NCBI GenBank assembly: GCA_965214935.1
Contig: CBDCCS010000022.1
Span: 704,001-768,000 of the forward strand
Length of the DNA: 64,000 nucleotides
Source: Candidatus Velthaea sp.
GTDB lineage: Bacteria > Vulcanimicrobiota > Vulcanimicrobiia > Vulcanimicrobiales > Vulcanimicrobiaceae
Reading direction: 5' to 3'
The position numbers and the translations under genes are program-made. The notes beneath the pieces are model-generated. The model was not told where the DNA came from. It saw only the letters and a program-made list of their open reading frames with translations, and did not search any database. Shown here piece by piece: positions 39,295 to 48,920 of this stretch; the first letter of the stretch is position 1, and every line of letters begins with the position of its first letter.

Positions 39295-40718
39295 TACATG
39301 CGCTCGCGCTCCGTGACCGACTCGCGCTTGCGTTTGCGCTTGCGCTCGTCGTCGCGTACGGGGTAATTGCGCTGTGCGCCGTTGTCATCGTCGACCGGGC
39401 CGTAACACGTGCCATCGACGGCCGGCTTGCGACCGTGGCACAGGCGATCTACACGATCGCCGGCGACGAACCGGACGAAATCGATAAAAAAGATCGTCAG
39501 CAATTTGCTTCGGTCGCGAGCGATGCGAGCGGCGCGCTTGTCGTCGCGCATGACGGCCGGCTTGTTTTGGGCACGTCCGACGCCGTACCGGCGTGGTCGG
39601 TTACGGCGATGCGCGATGATCGCAACGGACGAATCTACTCCGCGCAGTTCGACCGGCAGCCGGTCCGTGCAATCGTGCAACGCCGGCGGACGCATCACGA
39701 GCGCAACACGATCGTCGTTTGGCAGTCTATGCAAATCGTGCGCGACCTCGAACGTACCGTCACGTCGGTGCTCGGCGCTTTCGGCCTTGTCGTCGCCGCC
39801 GGCGGTTATTTTGCCGGCCGTCAGATTGCCCGGCGCGGGCTCCTGCCGCTTACGCGAATTACCGCGATCGTCGCCGATATCGCCGCCCACGATTTAGCGC
39901 GCCGCGTCGGTCCGCAGCCGCAAGCCGACGAACTCGGACAACTTGCCGCGACCTTCGATCAGATGCTCGACCGGTTACAATCTGCCTTTGAGCGCCAGCG
40001 TCGATTCACCGCGAACGCATCGCACGATCTGCGCGCTCCGCTCGCGACGTTGCGGGCTGAAGTCGATCTCGCCTTACGGCGCGAGCGCACCAGCGCCGAA
40101 TATCGGGCCGCTCTGCACGAGATTGCGATCGATGCCGATCACTTGGATTACTTGATCGATGCGCTGCTTGCAGCCGCCCGCGTCGACGACGGCAACCTTT
40201 CACTGCAGCCCGTCGACATGGGTCAAATCGCCCGGCGGTCGGCGCTACAGATCGCTCCGCTTGCGCAAGCGAAGAACGTTCGCATCGATAGCGACATTGC
40301 GTCGGGCTGCACGATCTTGGGCGAAGCCGATCTGCTCGAACGCGCCGTGCTCGCGATCGTCCATAATGCCGTCAAATTTAGTCCCGCCGGCGGATCGATC
40401 GACGTCCAGCTTCAAACCGACGGGAAGCTCGTTCGATTGTCTGTCTGCGACGCCGGGCCGGGATTTACGGACGTCGCGCTCGCGCATGCCTTCGACCGGT
40501 TCTGGCGTGACGACAACGCACGCGGCAGGAGCGGCAGCGGCCTCGGCCTCGCGATTGCACAAGGCGCCGTGCAACGTTGCGGCGGTACGATCGTTATCGA
40601 TAACGCGCGAGAGCAAAACCGCGGCGCTCGTGTCGTCATATGCTTCGCGCGTCACGGCAACGACGGCGCACAGCGCATCGATCGCGAGTCGGTAAGCGCT
40701 CGAACGACACCGCCTTAG
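39291..40718 (+). CDS. HAMP sensor histidine kinase (CusS-like)
   Basis: Two TM helices, HAMP, NASHDLRAPL, DAGPG, GSGLGLAI. Confidence 0.92.
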   Translation: MIHALALRDRLALAFALALVVAYGVIALCAVVIVDRAVTRAIDGRLATVAQAIYTIAGDEPDEIDKKDRQQFASVASDASGALVVAHDGRLVLGTSDAVPAWSVTAMRDDRNGRIYSAQFDRQPVRAIVQRRRTHHERNTIVVWQSMQIVRDLERTVTSVLGAFGLVVAAGGYFAGRQIARRGLLPLTRITAIVADIAAHDLARRVGPQPQADELGQLAATFDQMLDRLQSAFERQRRFTANASHDLRAPLATLRAEVDLALRRERTSAEYRAALHEIAIDADHLDYLIDALLAAARVDDGNLSLQPVDMGQIARRSALQIAPLAQAKNVRIDSDIASGCTILGEADLLERAVLAIVHNAVKFSPAGGSIDVQLQTDGKLVRLSVCDAGPGFTDVALAHAFDRFWRDDNARGRSGSGLGLAIAQGAVQRCGGTIVIDNAREQNRGARVVICFARHGNDGAQRIDRESVSARTTPP

Positions 40719-41147
40719 CTGCGCGCGATCTTTTCCCCAGCTAGAGACGTCGCCGTGCTAAAAGAGCGAATCGTTTCAAACAGCGAAGCGTTTCAAACGA
40801 TGTTCGAGATAGCATAGCGTCGACGCGCTCTGTATTGATCTCCTGCACAACGGCAAAAAACTGTCGAGACAGCTTACTTACAAAGCTTTGGCAACGATAT
40901 TGCTTAGGCGCTGCGATCCACAACGCATTTTCATAAGGCTCGCGCGAGTTCGCTTAAACGTTGCTTGACGTTAACGTCATTTCACCAAAAGGCGGCTTAC
41001 TTAATTGTACAAGCGCTCGTATTGTGTGAACTGCATGTAACACCGCTTATACAATTGTCGAAATTGATGCGTCCGAATAGCAAGCCGTTCATGCGAACCG
41101 GTGGAGGCCCTTTGTAAGCATTTCGTATACAAAAGATACGTGCGGTC

Positions 41148-42713
41148 GTGCTTTACGAAACGCATCGTTCGTGCATCCGCGCTTGCTTCGCTTGGAGTCG
41201 CAATTCTGGAAAAATCCGCATTCGGATGTTCGGCGCGATGAACGTCGCCGAAGAACCGGCCGCTCACTCGCCGCAAACGGCTTTTCAGGAAATATACTTT
41301 TTTATCGCGACCGCGAATGTCGCGCAGATTCATGACAAGATCGCCGAGCTAAAGCGCGATTCTAGCGCTGCTCTACTCTTGCATGCGGTGCTTGCGCAAT
41401 ACGATGGTCGCGTCGACCGTGCGCTGCAACTATTTGAGAAAGCCCTTAGCGGCTGCGACGGCGGCGGTCGCGCGTACGTCATCGATCTCATCGCGCCGAT
41501 TCTCGTTATGCGCAACGCGTGGGAGCGCTATGATGAGCTGCGCCGTTCGGTTGGATCGACGACCGAACTCGAAGGCTGCTTTCTGGCATTTGACGCCGTT
41601 TCGCTTGCGCGCAGCGGTTCAAAAGCAGCATCGATTTGGGCTGCTGCGCAGGCTGAAGCCGGCGTACACCCGGCAGCCAACGAGTTTTTGCGCGCTCGCA
41701 TTCTGCAGCGCGTCGCGCATGCTGCGTACGAACGAGCCGACTTTGAAACGGCAATGGAACAAGCGCTCGAAAGCGCCGGCGGCTTCGAGGCCATATCCGC
41801 CGGTCGCTCGGCAGCCGCATCGTATTCGATCGTCTATAACGTGTTCCATGCCGTGAGCGGCGATCTTGAAAGTGCCGATGCTTATGCGCGGAAAATCGTT
41901 GACACCGCGCAGCTGTCCGGCGATCGGTCGTTTATGATGAGCGGCCTCGTCGCGCAGTATGAGATCGCCTCGGAACTCGGCGATCGGGCACGGGCCGAAG
42001 CGCTGCGCAAAGAGATCACTGCTTTCGCGTTACCCAAACAGTATCAAGAACGGTTTGCGCGCGGCATCGCCGATCTGCTCGTGCTCGCTGCCGCCGGCGA
42101 CTTCTTCGCCTTTCGCGCAAATGTCGTATTGCTGCGTGACAGCGTTATCTGCGATCGGTCGATGATAGCGCTGACGTCGGCACTCCGATCCTTGGCCGAA
42201 GCAGCTCTCGACGAAGTTGAGGACGCCCGGCGTTCATCGCGGAATGCGCTGGGCCTTTGCACGATACGTGACGCCAACGAACCGGCGTATGCAAAGCGCT
42301 ACCGCCGGCTAGCGCGCGCCATAGCCGCATGTACGTGTGCGATCATCGGCGATAACATTCGGGCGCGACGCGCGGTAACCAACGATGCAGATTGTCTGGC
42401 ACTCTTGGCGGTGGCCGAAGGCGGCGACTTTCGCTCGGTGCTGCCGCGCATGCGCGGGTATGCATGCGCCGTCGCTGCGGCAGTTCGCGCGGTCGCCCAA
42501 ACGCACGGCGGTTCTCCGCTGAGCGCCGCTGAGTTCGAGGTGCTGCGCCTCCTCGCCGCCGGATACTCGGCACCGCAAATCGCTGCAGGCTCGAAGCGCA
42601 GCGTTCACACCGTTCGCGCGCAAACACGCTCGATCATCGAGAAGTTCGGTGTGAGCGGTCGCGCCGCAGCCGTCGCTTTTGCACAACGCAGCGGGCTTTT
42701 AAGCCATATTTGA
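41148..42713 (+). CDS. Large helical-repeat regulator with a C-terminal LuxR HTH
   Basis: LSAAEFEVLRLLAAGYSAPQIA...SVHTVRAQTRSIIEKFGV. True start is likely 41226 or 41238. Confidence 0.85.
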   Translation: MLYETHRSCIRACFAWSRNSGKIRIRMFGAMNVAEEPAAHSPQTAFQEIYFFIATANVAQIHDKIAELKRDSSAALLLHAVLAQYDGRVDRALQLFEKALSGCDGGGRAYVIDLIAPILVMRNAWERYDELRRSVGSTTELEGCFLAFDAVSLARSGSKAASIWAAAQAEAGVHPAANEFLRARILQRVAHAAYERADFETAMEQALESAGGFEAISAGRSAAASYSIVYNVFHAVSGDLESADAYARKIVDTAQLSGDRSFMMSGLVAQYEIASELGDRARAEALRKEITAFALPKQYQERFARGIADLLVLAAAGDFFAFRANVVLLRDSVICDRSMIALTSALRSLAEAALDEVEDARRSSRNALGLCTIRDANEPAYAKRYRRLARAIAACTCAIIGDNIRARRAVTNDADCLALLAVAEGGDFRSVLPRMRGYACAVAAAVRAVAQTHGGSPLSAAEFEVLRLLAAGYSAPQIAAGSKRSVHTVRAQTRSIIEKFGVSGRAAAVAFAQRSGLLSHI

Positions 42714-42879
42714 TCGGCCTTTGCGGCGCTCGTAGTCAGATGTGACGCTCGCAGTTTTCTCCGGCGGACCTAAAGTAGGGGCACACCACACCGCCTGACG
42801 CCGGAGAGCACAATGATCGACGCGATCCTCCAGTTGATCCACACGATAATACAAACCGTCCCGATCATTTCCGGCTGAC

Positions 42880-43098
42880 ATGAGCGGGGACGACGTCGAA
42901 CTCGACGTCGAGGCGCTCAGCGAATTCATCGCCGGCTGCTCGATCGCCGAAATTGCATCGATCTATCGCTGGTCCTTCGCGACAGCTGAAAACCAGCTGC
43001 GTCGAGCAATGATTCGCTACGGCTTTCGCCGCCAAGTGGTCTCACCGTCGCAACGCGATCGCTTCGTGCGAGTCGTGCGACGGATCCGGCGCACCTAA
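42880..43098 (+). CDS. Small HTH (sigma region 4-like) protein
   Basis: FIAGCSIAEIASIYRWSFATAENQLRRAM. Confidence 0.5.
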   Translation: MSGDDVELDVEALSEFIAGCSIAEIASIYRWSFATAENQLRRAMIRYGFRRQVVSPSQRDRFVRVVRRIRRT

Positions 43099-43222
43099 CG
43101 CATCGTTTGGGTGCACCGCGGCTCCGCTGCTTATGGAGCCGCCGATCAAATGTCCCATCCGCCGACTTTGCGCGGGTGGGCAATACCACCACTCACTCAA
43201 GTAAAGAAAGTACGAGAGCATC

Positions 43223-43363
43223 ATGGATATCGAAGCAATCGCCGCCAACGAAGCCGCCACGACCGAGAATCCCGCCCACAACATCAGCACCAGCGAAGCG
43301 CGTCCCGACGGCATGGTCTTCGCTTGGAGCCACTACTGCATCGCCGTCGACTCGGTCAAATAA
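43223..43363 (+). CDS. Putative RiPP precursor peptide A1 (46 aa)
   Basis: MDIEAIAANEAATTENPAHNISTSEARPDGMVFAWSHYCIAVDSVK*; paralogous to 43499-43633; below the ORF-track cut-off. Confidence 0.85.
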   Translation: MDIEAIAANEAATTENPAHNISTSEARPDGMVFAWSHYCIAVDSVK

Positions 43364-43452
43364 CGCTCAGGCCGACGAACGGACGACACGAGTCGGCATG
43401 TCTTCATCCGCATGCCGATCGAGCCTTAGAACCACCAACAACTGTCACACAA

Positions 43453-43478
43453 ACACACTTCACACTTCACACTTCACT
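43453..43478. repeat. Short tandem repeat (CACACTT)x3
   Basis: acacacttcacacttcacacttcact directly before the A2 translation initiation region. Confidence 0.8.
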
Positions 43479-43498
43479 AAAGAAAGTACGAGTTCAAC

Positions 43499-43633
43499 AT
43501 GGATATCGATATGATTGCCGCTAACGAAGCCGTCGACAGCGAACACGCCGCCCACAACATCAGCAGCGGTGAAGCCCGCCCCGACGGCATGGTTTTCGCT
43601 TGGAGCCACTACGTTATCGCCGTCGACAAGTAA
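43499..43633 (+). CDS. Putative RiPP precursor peptide A2 (44 aa)
   Basis: MDIDMIAANEAVDSEHAAHNISSGEARPDGMVFAWSHYVIAVDK*; several differences from A1 in the conserved block are synonymous. Confidence 0.85.
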   Translation: MDIDMIAANEAVDSEHAAHNISSGEARPDGMVFAWSHYVIAVDK

Positions 43634-43651
43634 GACCGGCGCTTAGGGCTA

Positions 43652-43676
43652 CGGGCCGGGTTAACTCCCCGGCCCG
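43652..43676 (+). terminator. GC-rich stem-loop between the precursor and enzyme genes
   Basis: CGGGCCGGG-TTAACTC-CCCGGCCCG followed by a weak U-tract. Confidence 0.6.
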
Positions 43677-43712
43677 CTACGTTTCTGCTTATTTTCTGGG
43701 AGCCTACTACCA

Positions 43713-44648
43713 ATGAGTGACATCTCGGTTCGTGCCGCGACGCTCCATTGCGAATCACTCGCTTGGGTCGTCGCCAAGCGCGAATACTTTCGGATCGATC
43801 GTTGCTTTGCCGGTGACGACGATATGGCATTTGCGCTTAAATGCTTTACCGAACTCGTTCTTTATGTCGACCGCTTGGGCGCTGCGGGCATCTCAACGTC
43901 TGAGCTACGTGTATTGCTCGACTTCATCGAAGCGCAATTGCCGGCTTTCGATTGGATCGGCGCGGTGCTTCATTCACCGGTTTCGGGCGCGTCGCTCGGC
44001 TACGTTCTCTCCGTCTGTACGCGTTTCAATTTACGCCTGCCGTTCGATCGGGAAAAAGCCTGCCGGCTCTACGATTGCGGCTACATCGACAGCCTGGAGC
44101 GCGTGCCGTTTCGGGCCATCGAGATCGCGTTTGCGATGCTTCCCGCCGGACCGCCGCTGGCCGACATAAGTTCCGAATTGACGCCGCTTACGACGGCCGG
44201 CACGAGCCGCCTCAATCCGCAAACGACGCGGATGGGCATGTATAGCGTAACGCACACGATTTTTTTTGCCGCCGAATTCGGCGCGCGGCCGCTGGAACCG
44301 CTGCTGGGCCGGCAGCTCGTCGAACGTCTCGAACGTTTTACGAAGCTCGGCGCAGCGCATGCCATGCGCGGCGACGATCTCGACTTGCTCGGCGAATGGC
44401 TTATTTCGTGGAACATCCTCAAGCTGCCGGCGACGCGGCTTGCAACGGCGGCAATCGACGCACTAGTCGCCGGCCGGCGTGCCGACGGCTCGCGTTCCGC
44501 CTTTACCTTCGATGAAGAACGGCATGCCGCATTGCCGCCGGATGCCGCCCTTGCCTACGCCTTTAAACACTCGTATCACACCACACTCGTCAGCGGCATG
44601 TGCGGTGTTCTCTGGCAGGCTTCAGCAATGTTAGCGGTGGCGGTATGA
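43713..44648 (+). CDS. DUF6895-like putative alpha/alpha-barrel modifying enzyme 1
   Basis: YSVTHTIFFAAEFG, DLDLLGEWL, RRADGS, SYHTTLV. Confidence 0.7.
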   Translation: MSDISVRAATLHCESLAWVVAKREYFRIDRCFAGDDDMAFALKCFTELVLYVDRLGAAGISTSELRVLLDFIEAQLPAFDWIGAVLHSPVSGASLGYVLSVCTRFNLRLPFDREKACRLYDCGYIDSLERVPFRAIEIAFAMLPAGPPLADISSELTPLTTAGTSRLNPQTTRMGMYSVTHTIFFAAEFGARPLEPLLGRQLVERLERFTKLGAAHAMRGDDLDLLGEWLISWNILKLPATRLATAAIDALVAGRRADGSRSAFTFDEERHAALPPDAALAYAFKHSYHTTLVSGMCGVLWQASAMLAVAV

Positions 44649-45379
44649 ACGCAACGACGCTTCCGTCGTCAAGCCGCTGGCGCGAAATTAGCGACCTCAT
44701 CAGTGCGGCCAACGCCTTGCCTCACGATACAAACGTCGACGCGACCGTTGCAACGTTGCACGCCGGCCTGCACGCGTTTGCCCCAACGCGTGATGAGTTG
44801 AGCGCGCTAACGTTCTGCAATGCTGAACTGCTTTACGATGTGCTCGCCGCCACCTATTTTCTCCGTCGCTTCACGCCGGCGTCGCCGCTCTGTCCGCGCT
44901 TTCACTCGATCGTCGCCGCCGCAGCCGCGTCGCATTTGCAATCGGGTATCGAAGTTGCCGCTCACTATGCCGCGGCCTGCGAGACGTACTTTCGTGCACT
45001 GGCCTATCCGCACGGCACTTCGCCGTACAGCGCGATGCCGGTCGCGGCATTCAAACTTCCATTCTATTTAGTCCGGCCGCGCACGCTTAGCGACCGGGCC
45101 GACTTTCGCCGCGCAATCTATGCCGAGCGCTTACGAGACCCGGCGGCCGGTCCGCTCGCCGATCTGCTCGCTTACGAGCTGATCGACACGATTCGCGCCG
45201 GCGACGCGACGCAAACCGCGTGGCTGTTGATCGCTTGGACCGGCAACACCGCGCTCGAACGCAGCTTGCTTTCAGCCGGTCTCCGTTTGCTCGAACGCGA
45301 TCCGCCCGATCGACATATCGTAACTCTCGTCCACGCGAATCTTCGCGCCCGCGCAAACGCTCGAAAGGAGCCGCAATGA
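44645..45379 (+). CDS. Helical hypothetical protein, putative cluster protein 2
   Basis: ATGA-coupled on both sides; LADLLAYELIDTIRAGDATQTAWLLIAW loosely parallels enzyme 1. Confidence 0.6.
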   Translation: MNATTLPSSSRWREISDLISAANALPHDTNVDATVATLHAGLHAFAPTRDELSALTFCNAELLYDVLAATYFLRRFTPASPLCPRFHSIVAAAAASHLQSGIEVAAHYAAACETYFRALAYPHGTSPYSAMPVAAFKLPFYLVRPRTLSDRADFRRAIYAERLRDPAAGPLADLLAYELIDTIRAGDATQTAWLLIAWTGNTALERSLLSAGLRLLERDPPDRHIVTLVHANLRARANARKEPQ

Positions 45380-46260
45380 CTTCCCTCACTTCACTCCGCC
45401 TAAGTCCGAATTGGGCCAGCGCTGCCGCTTGGCTCGCAACGGTACCGGCCGCCACCACGGTCGACGCATCGGTGCGACGGCTTGTCGGGCTTGCTACGTG
45501 TGCCATTGCTTCCGACGATCCGGCAATCACGTCCGCTTGGCAGACGGCACATGCCGCTGCCGAAGAGCGCGCCGCCCGATCGCTCAACGATCGCTTCCCG
45601 GCGTGCGATCCCTATCTCGTCGTTTTCGCCGCAGCGGCGGCACTGGGAGCGCGCTTGCCCATCGACGGGTTTCGCAGCGACCTGGGTGCGTTAGCCGCAC
45701 AGTTGCAAACGCGTTCGGCATCGGCACGCAGCCATCCGCGCGTCTTTGCCGCTGCAATGCTGCTGCGAGCGATGGGTTACGAGGTTTCCGCCGATCGGGC
45801 CGAACTCAATGCCTGGGTACCGCCCAGTCTTGAGAAACTCTTCGATGCCGATGATGCGATGCTCGCCAACCTCGCTCATTGGCTCACGCTGCAACGGTGT
45901 TACGACGATGCAGGCACCGCGATCGCGCGTATCGGCGATCCGGCAGACGTCGCCGACGCACTCGTGGCCATCGCCGTAGCTGAATGCCGAGCGTATCGCC
46001 TGACGACGGCTGCCGATGTCGTACGTGCCGTGCAAGCCGCCGAACTGCCGTCCGAAGAACTTGCCGAGATACGGAATTTTCTCGTACTTCAACAGCGCGA
46101 TGACGGAGCATTCGGTTACCGTAATCCGTTCGTGAGCGCGACAACGCCCGACGATGCGACTCGCTTCCATTTGCCGATTTCACTGGCGACCTTGATTGCC
46201 TTCGCGGAATACCGCCGCCGGCGCCCGCTCGTTGCAAGCATCGTCGAGCGTTTGCAATGA
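45376..46260 (+). CDS. Putative alpha/alpha-barrel protein 3 with a prenyltransferase/QW-like repeat
   Basis: AAAGGAG RBS; IRNFLVLQQRDDGAFG motif; ATGA coupling. Confidence 0.65.
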   Translation: MTSLTSLRLSPNWASAAAWLATVPAATTVDASVRRLVGLATCAIASDDPAITSAWQTAHAAAEERAARSLNDRFPACDPYLVVFAAAAALGARLPIDGFRSDLGALAAQLQTRSASARSHPRVFAAAMLLRAMGYEVSADRAELNAWVPPSLEKLFDADDAMLANLAHWLTLQRCYDDAGTAIARIGDPADVADALVAIAVAECRAYRLTTAADVVRAVQAAELPSEELAEIRNFLVLQQRDDGAFGYRNPFVSATTPDDATRFHLPISLATLIAFAEYRRRRPLVASIVERLQ

Positions 46261-48035
46261 GCCGGCAATTAGCGACTCGCTTTCTGCGTCTGATTCGGCC
46301 GTGGTTGGCGCGGATCGCCGGCGGCGCGCTTGCATCGGCACTTTGCGGCGCGGTCTATATTTTAGTGCCGATCGCGCTACGCAACGTTATCGACGCACTC
46401 GCGCACGGTGACGGCGCGGCAAAGACGCGGGCGGTCGAAGCCGGCGTCGCCGTCATCGTCGCAATCGCGCTGGGTCAAGCCATCTGTTCCTACTTTCAAT
46501 CGATGCTACTGGCCAGCGTCAATGCGGGAATGACGCGCGAGTTGCGGCGCCGGCTCGTCGAGCATGTTCTGCGTCTGCCCTTACGGGTGAGCGGCGCGGA
46601 ACGTGTCGGCGTCTTTCTCGGACGCTATAGCGCGGATATTCCGGTCATTCAAGCCTTGGCTACGACGACGATTCCATCGCTGCTGCGCAATGCAGCAATC
46701 GTCATCGGGCTGATCGCCGTGCTCTTCGTCATGTCGTGGAAACTCACGATCGTAACGGCCGTCGTCATTACCGTCGTCGGCTTTGCGTCGCAGCATTTCG
46801 TGCGCCGCACCGCCGGTCTATCGCGGCCGCTGCAGACCGTGCGCAGCGAAGCCCTCGCGTTGCTGGGTGAAATGATCGCAAACGTCGCGCTGATCCGCGC
46901 GTTCGGACGCCAAGCAACGATCGTCGCACGCATGAACGAGCGGCTCGATCTCGCCTACGATCTTTCGTTGCGTGCAGCTCGCGTATCGGCGCTTTCGCGG
47001 TCCGTCGTGAACATCGTGGGCGGCTTGCTCATTTGCACGATCCTTTGGCTTGGTGCAAGCAACGCGCTCACAAGTCACGTTGAACTCGCGACGATGATGG
47101 GTTATCTCACGGCGTCGGGAATGCTCGCGGCGGCGCTCGGTACCGTCGCCGGAAGCGCCGGTTCGGTCGCTACATCGGTCGCGTCACTCGAACGATATCT
47201 CGATCTGCTCGACGTGGAAACCGATGTCGACGAACAGCTTGGACGAACGCCTCCGGTGCTCGGCGCGCTCAGCTTTCAGAACGTATCATTTCGCTACCGC
47301 GGCGATACCGCGGTATTGCACGATGTAACGCTCGACATCCCGGCCGGAACATCGCTTGCCATCGTCGGTCCAAGCGGCTCGGGTAAAAGTACGATCTTAC
47401 AACTCGTGCTTGCCGCGTTCACGGCGCAAAGCGGCCGGATCTTCCTCGACGGGCATCCGCTCGACACGATTGCGACGTCGTGGCTGCGCGAACGCATCGG
47501 CTACGTTCCGCAAGAACCGTATGTTTTTCATGGAACTATCGCCGAAAATCTCCGCTTCGGTAAGCCGGACGCGTCGGTCGCCGAGCTGCACGAAGCCTGC
47601 CGCGTTGCACGCTTCGATCGGGTTGTCGCCCGCTGTGCGACCGGATTCGATGAAGTCGTCGGCGAGCGTGGCACGACGCTCTCGCGCGGCGAAGCGCAGC
47701 GGCTCGCAATCGCCCGCATGGTGCTGCGCGATCCGGCGATCGTGTTGCTCGACGAAGCAACGGCATCGCTCGATGCCGAGAACGAGCGGCTCGTACTCGA
47801 AGCGCTCGACGAGTCGTTACGCGGCCGAACCACAATTAGCGTTACGCACCGGCTCGAAAATGCAATGCGCTGCGATCTCGTCGCAATCTTGTACGAAGGC
47901 CGGCTCGTCGAACGCGGCAGTCCGGCGGACTTATTACGCCGCGGCGGGATGTTCGCGCGACTTATCGCTGCGACCACCTTTGCAAACGAGACGGCTCTTA
48001 GCCGCATTACGCCGCTCACCGTCAGCCTGCTTTAA
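46257..48035 (+). CDS. ABC exporter (TMD+NBD, no C39 peptidase domain)
   Basis: GPSGSGKS, LSRGEAQR, LLDEATASLD; 592 aa. Confidence 0.92.
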   Translation: MSRQLATRFLRLIRPWLARIAGGALASALCGAVYILVPIALRNVIDALAHGDGAAKTRAVEAGVAVIVAIALGQAICSYFQSMLLASVNAGMTRELRRRLVEHVLRLPLRVSGAERVGVFLGRYSADIPVIQALATTTIPSLLRNAAIVIGLIAVLFVMSWKLTIVTAVVITVVGFASQHFVRRTAGLSRPLQTVRSEALALLGEMIANVALIRAFGRQATIVARMNERLDLAYDLSLRAARVSALSRSVVNIVGGLLICTILWLGASNALTSHVELATMMGYLTASGMLAAALGTVAGSAGSVATSVASLERYLDLLDVETDVDEQLGRTPPVLGALSFQNVSFRYRGDTAVLHDVTLDIPAGTSLAIVGPSGSGKSTILQLVLAAFTAQSGRIFLDGHPLDTIATSWLRERIGYVPQEPYVFHGTIAENLRFGKPDASVAELHEACRVARFDRVVARCATGFDEVVGERGTTLSRGEAQRLAIARMVLRDPAIVLLDEATASLDAENERLVLEALDESLRGRTTISVTHRLENAMRCDLVAILYEGRLVERGSPADLLRRGGMFARLIAATTFANETALSRITPLTVSLL

Positions 48036-48073
48036 CACGCTCTTATCTGCTGCAAAATGGCGCAAGGAACATC

Positions 48074-48217
48074 ATGAACGACTTTCTCGAACGTCCGCTC
48101 CCAACGCATCGGGGCGTAGCGACCCGGCTCCGGCACACCGACTGCCTACCCGATCGGCCACGACGCGGCTGCACGAACGCTGAGCTCGCAGAGACGCCGG
48201 CTGCTCATGCGCACTGA
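48074..48217 (+). CDS. Possible 47-aa small protein
   Basis: AAGGA RBS; MNDFLERPLPTHRGVATRLRHTDCLPDRPRRGCTNAELAETPAAHAH*; overlaps the next start. Confidence 0.3.
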   Translation: MNDFLERPLPTHRGVATRLRHTDCLPDRPRRGCTNAELAETPAAHAH

Positions 48218-48920
48218 ACGCGAAACGTCCAATCGCCTCGAGCTGTGTGCGCTGACCAAAACGTATGGTGCGAAATACGCTATACGCGACGTGACGCTGA
48301 CGCTCCACCCAGGCGTCACCGCGCTGCTCGGTCATAACGGAGCAGGCAAATCGACGCTCATGCAGATCCTCGCCACGACGGCGCGGCCGACATCGGGCGA
48401 ACTGCGTTGGAACGGCGAAGCGATCGGCGCACGCACGATCGATCGGCTGCGCGCGCGACTCGGTTATGTACCGCAGCAATTTGCCGGCTATCCGCAACAG
48501 ACCGTCGACGAGTTTCTTACCTATATCGCGCGCTTACGCGGGATTCGCGGCCGAGATGTGCGCAGCCGCGTTGCAAACTCGCTCGAAGCGTTTGCGTTGC
48601 TGCCGTTCGCTCGCACCCGGTTGAGCGCTTGCAGTCCGGGCACCTTGCAACGCGTCGGTATCGCGCAAGCGTTGCTGGCCGACCCGGCACTGCTTTTACT
48701 CGACGAACCGACGGCCGGAGTCGACCCGGCAAATCGCGATGCGCTGCGCATGATGCTGCGCGAACTCGGACGGCACGCAATCGTGTTGATCTCGACCCAT
48801 ATCTTGTCCGATTTGACGGACGTTGCGACGCGCGCCGTTACTCTTCACGCAGGCAACGTCGCGTCTGACGAGCGTATCGACGTGCGCGCCGGCCGAAGCT
48901 GCGAAACGGCCGGCCGATGA
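48207..48920 (+). CDS. ABC-2 type ATP-binding protein
   Basis: GHNGAGKS, LDEPTAGVD, ISTHIL; atypical signature CSPGT. Confidence 0.9.
   Translation: MRTERETSNRLELCALTKTYGAKYAIRDVTLTLHPGVTALLGHNGAGKSTLMQILATTARPTSGELRWNGEAIGARTIDRLRARLGYVPQQFAGYPQQTVDEFLTYIARLRGIRGRDVRSRVANSLEAFALLPFARTRLSACSPGTLQRVGIAQALLADPALLLLDEPTAGVDPANRDALRMMLRELGRHAIVLISTHILSDLTDVATRAVTLHAGNVASDERIDVRAGRSCETAGR

Noticed and set aside
43223..46260. Lanthipeptide or lasso peptide assignment
   Set aside because: No dehydratase/kinase or lasso B/C genes are present, and A2 has no Cys.
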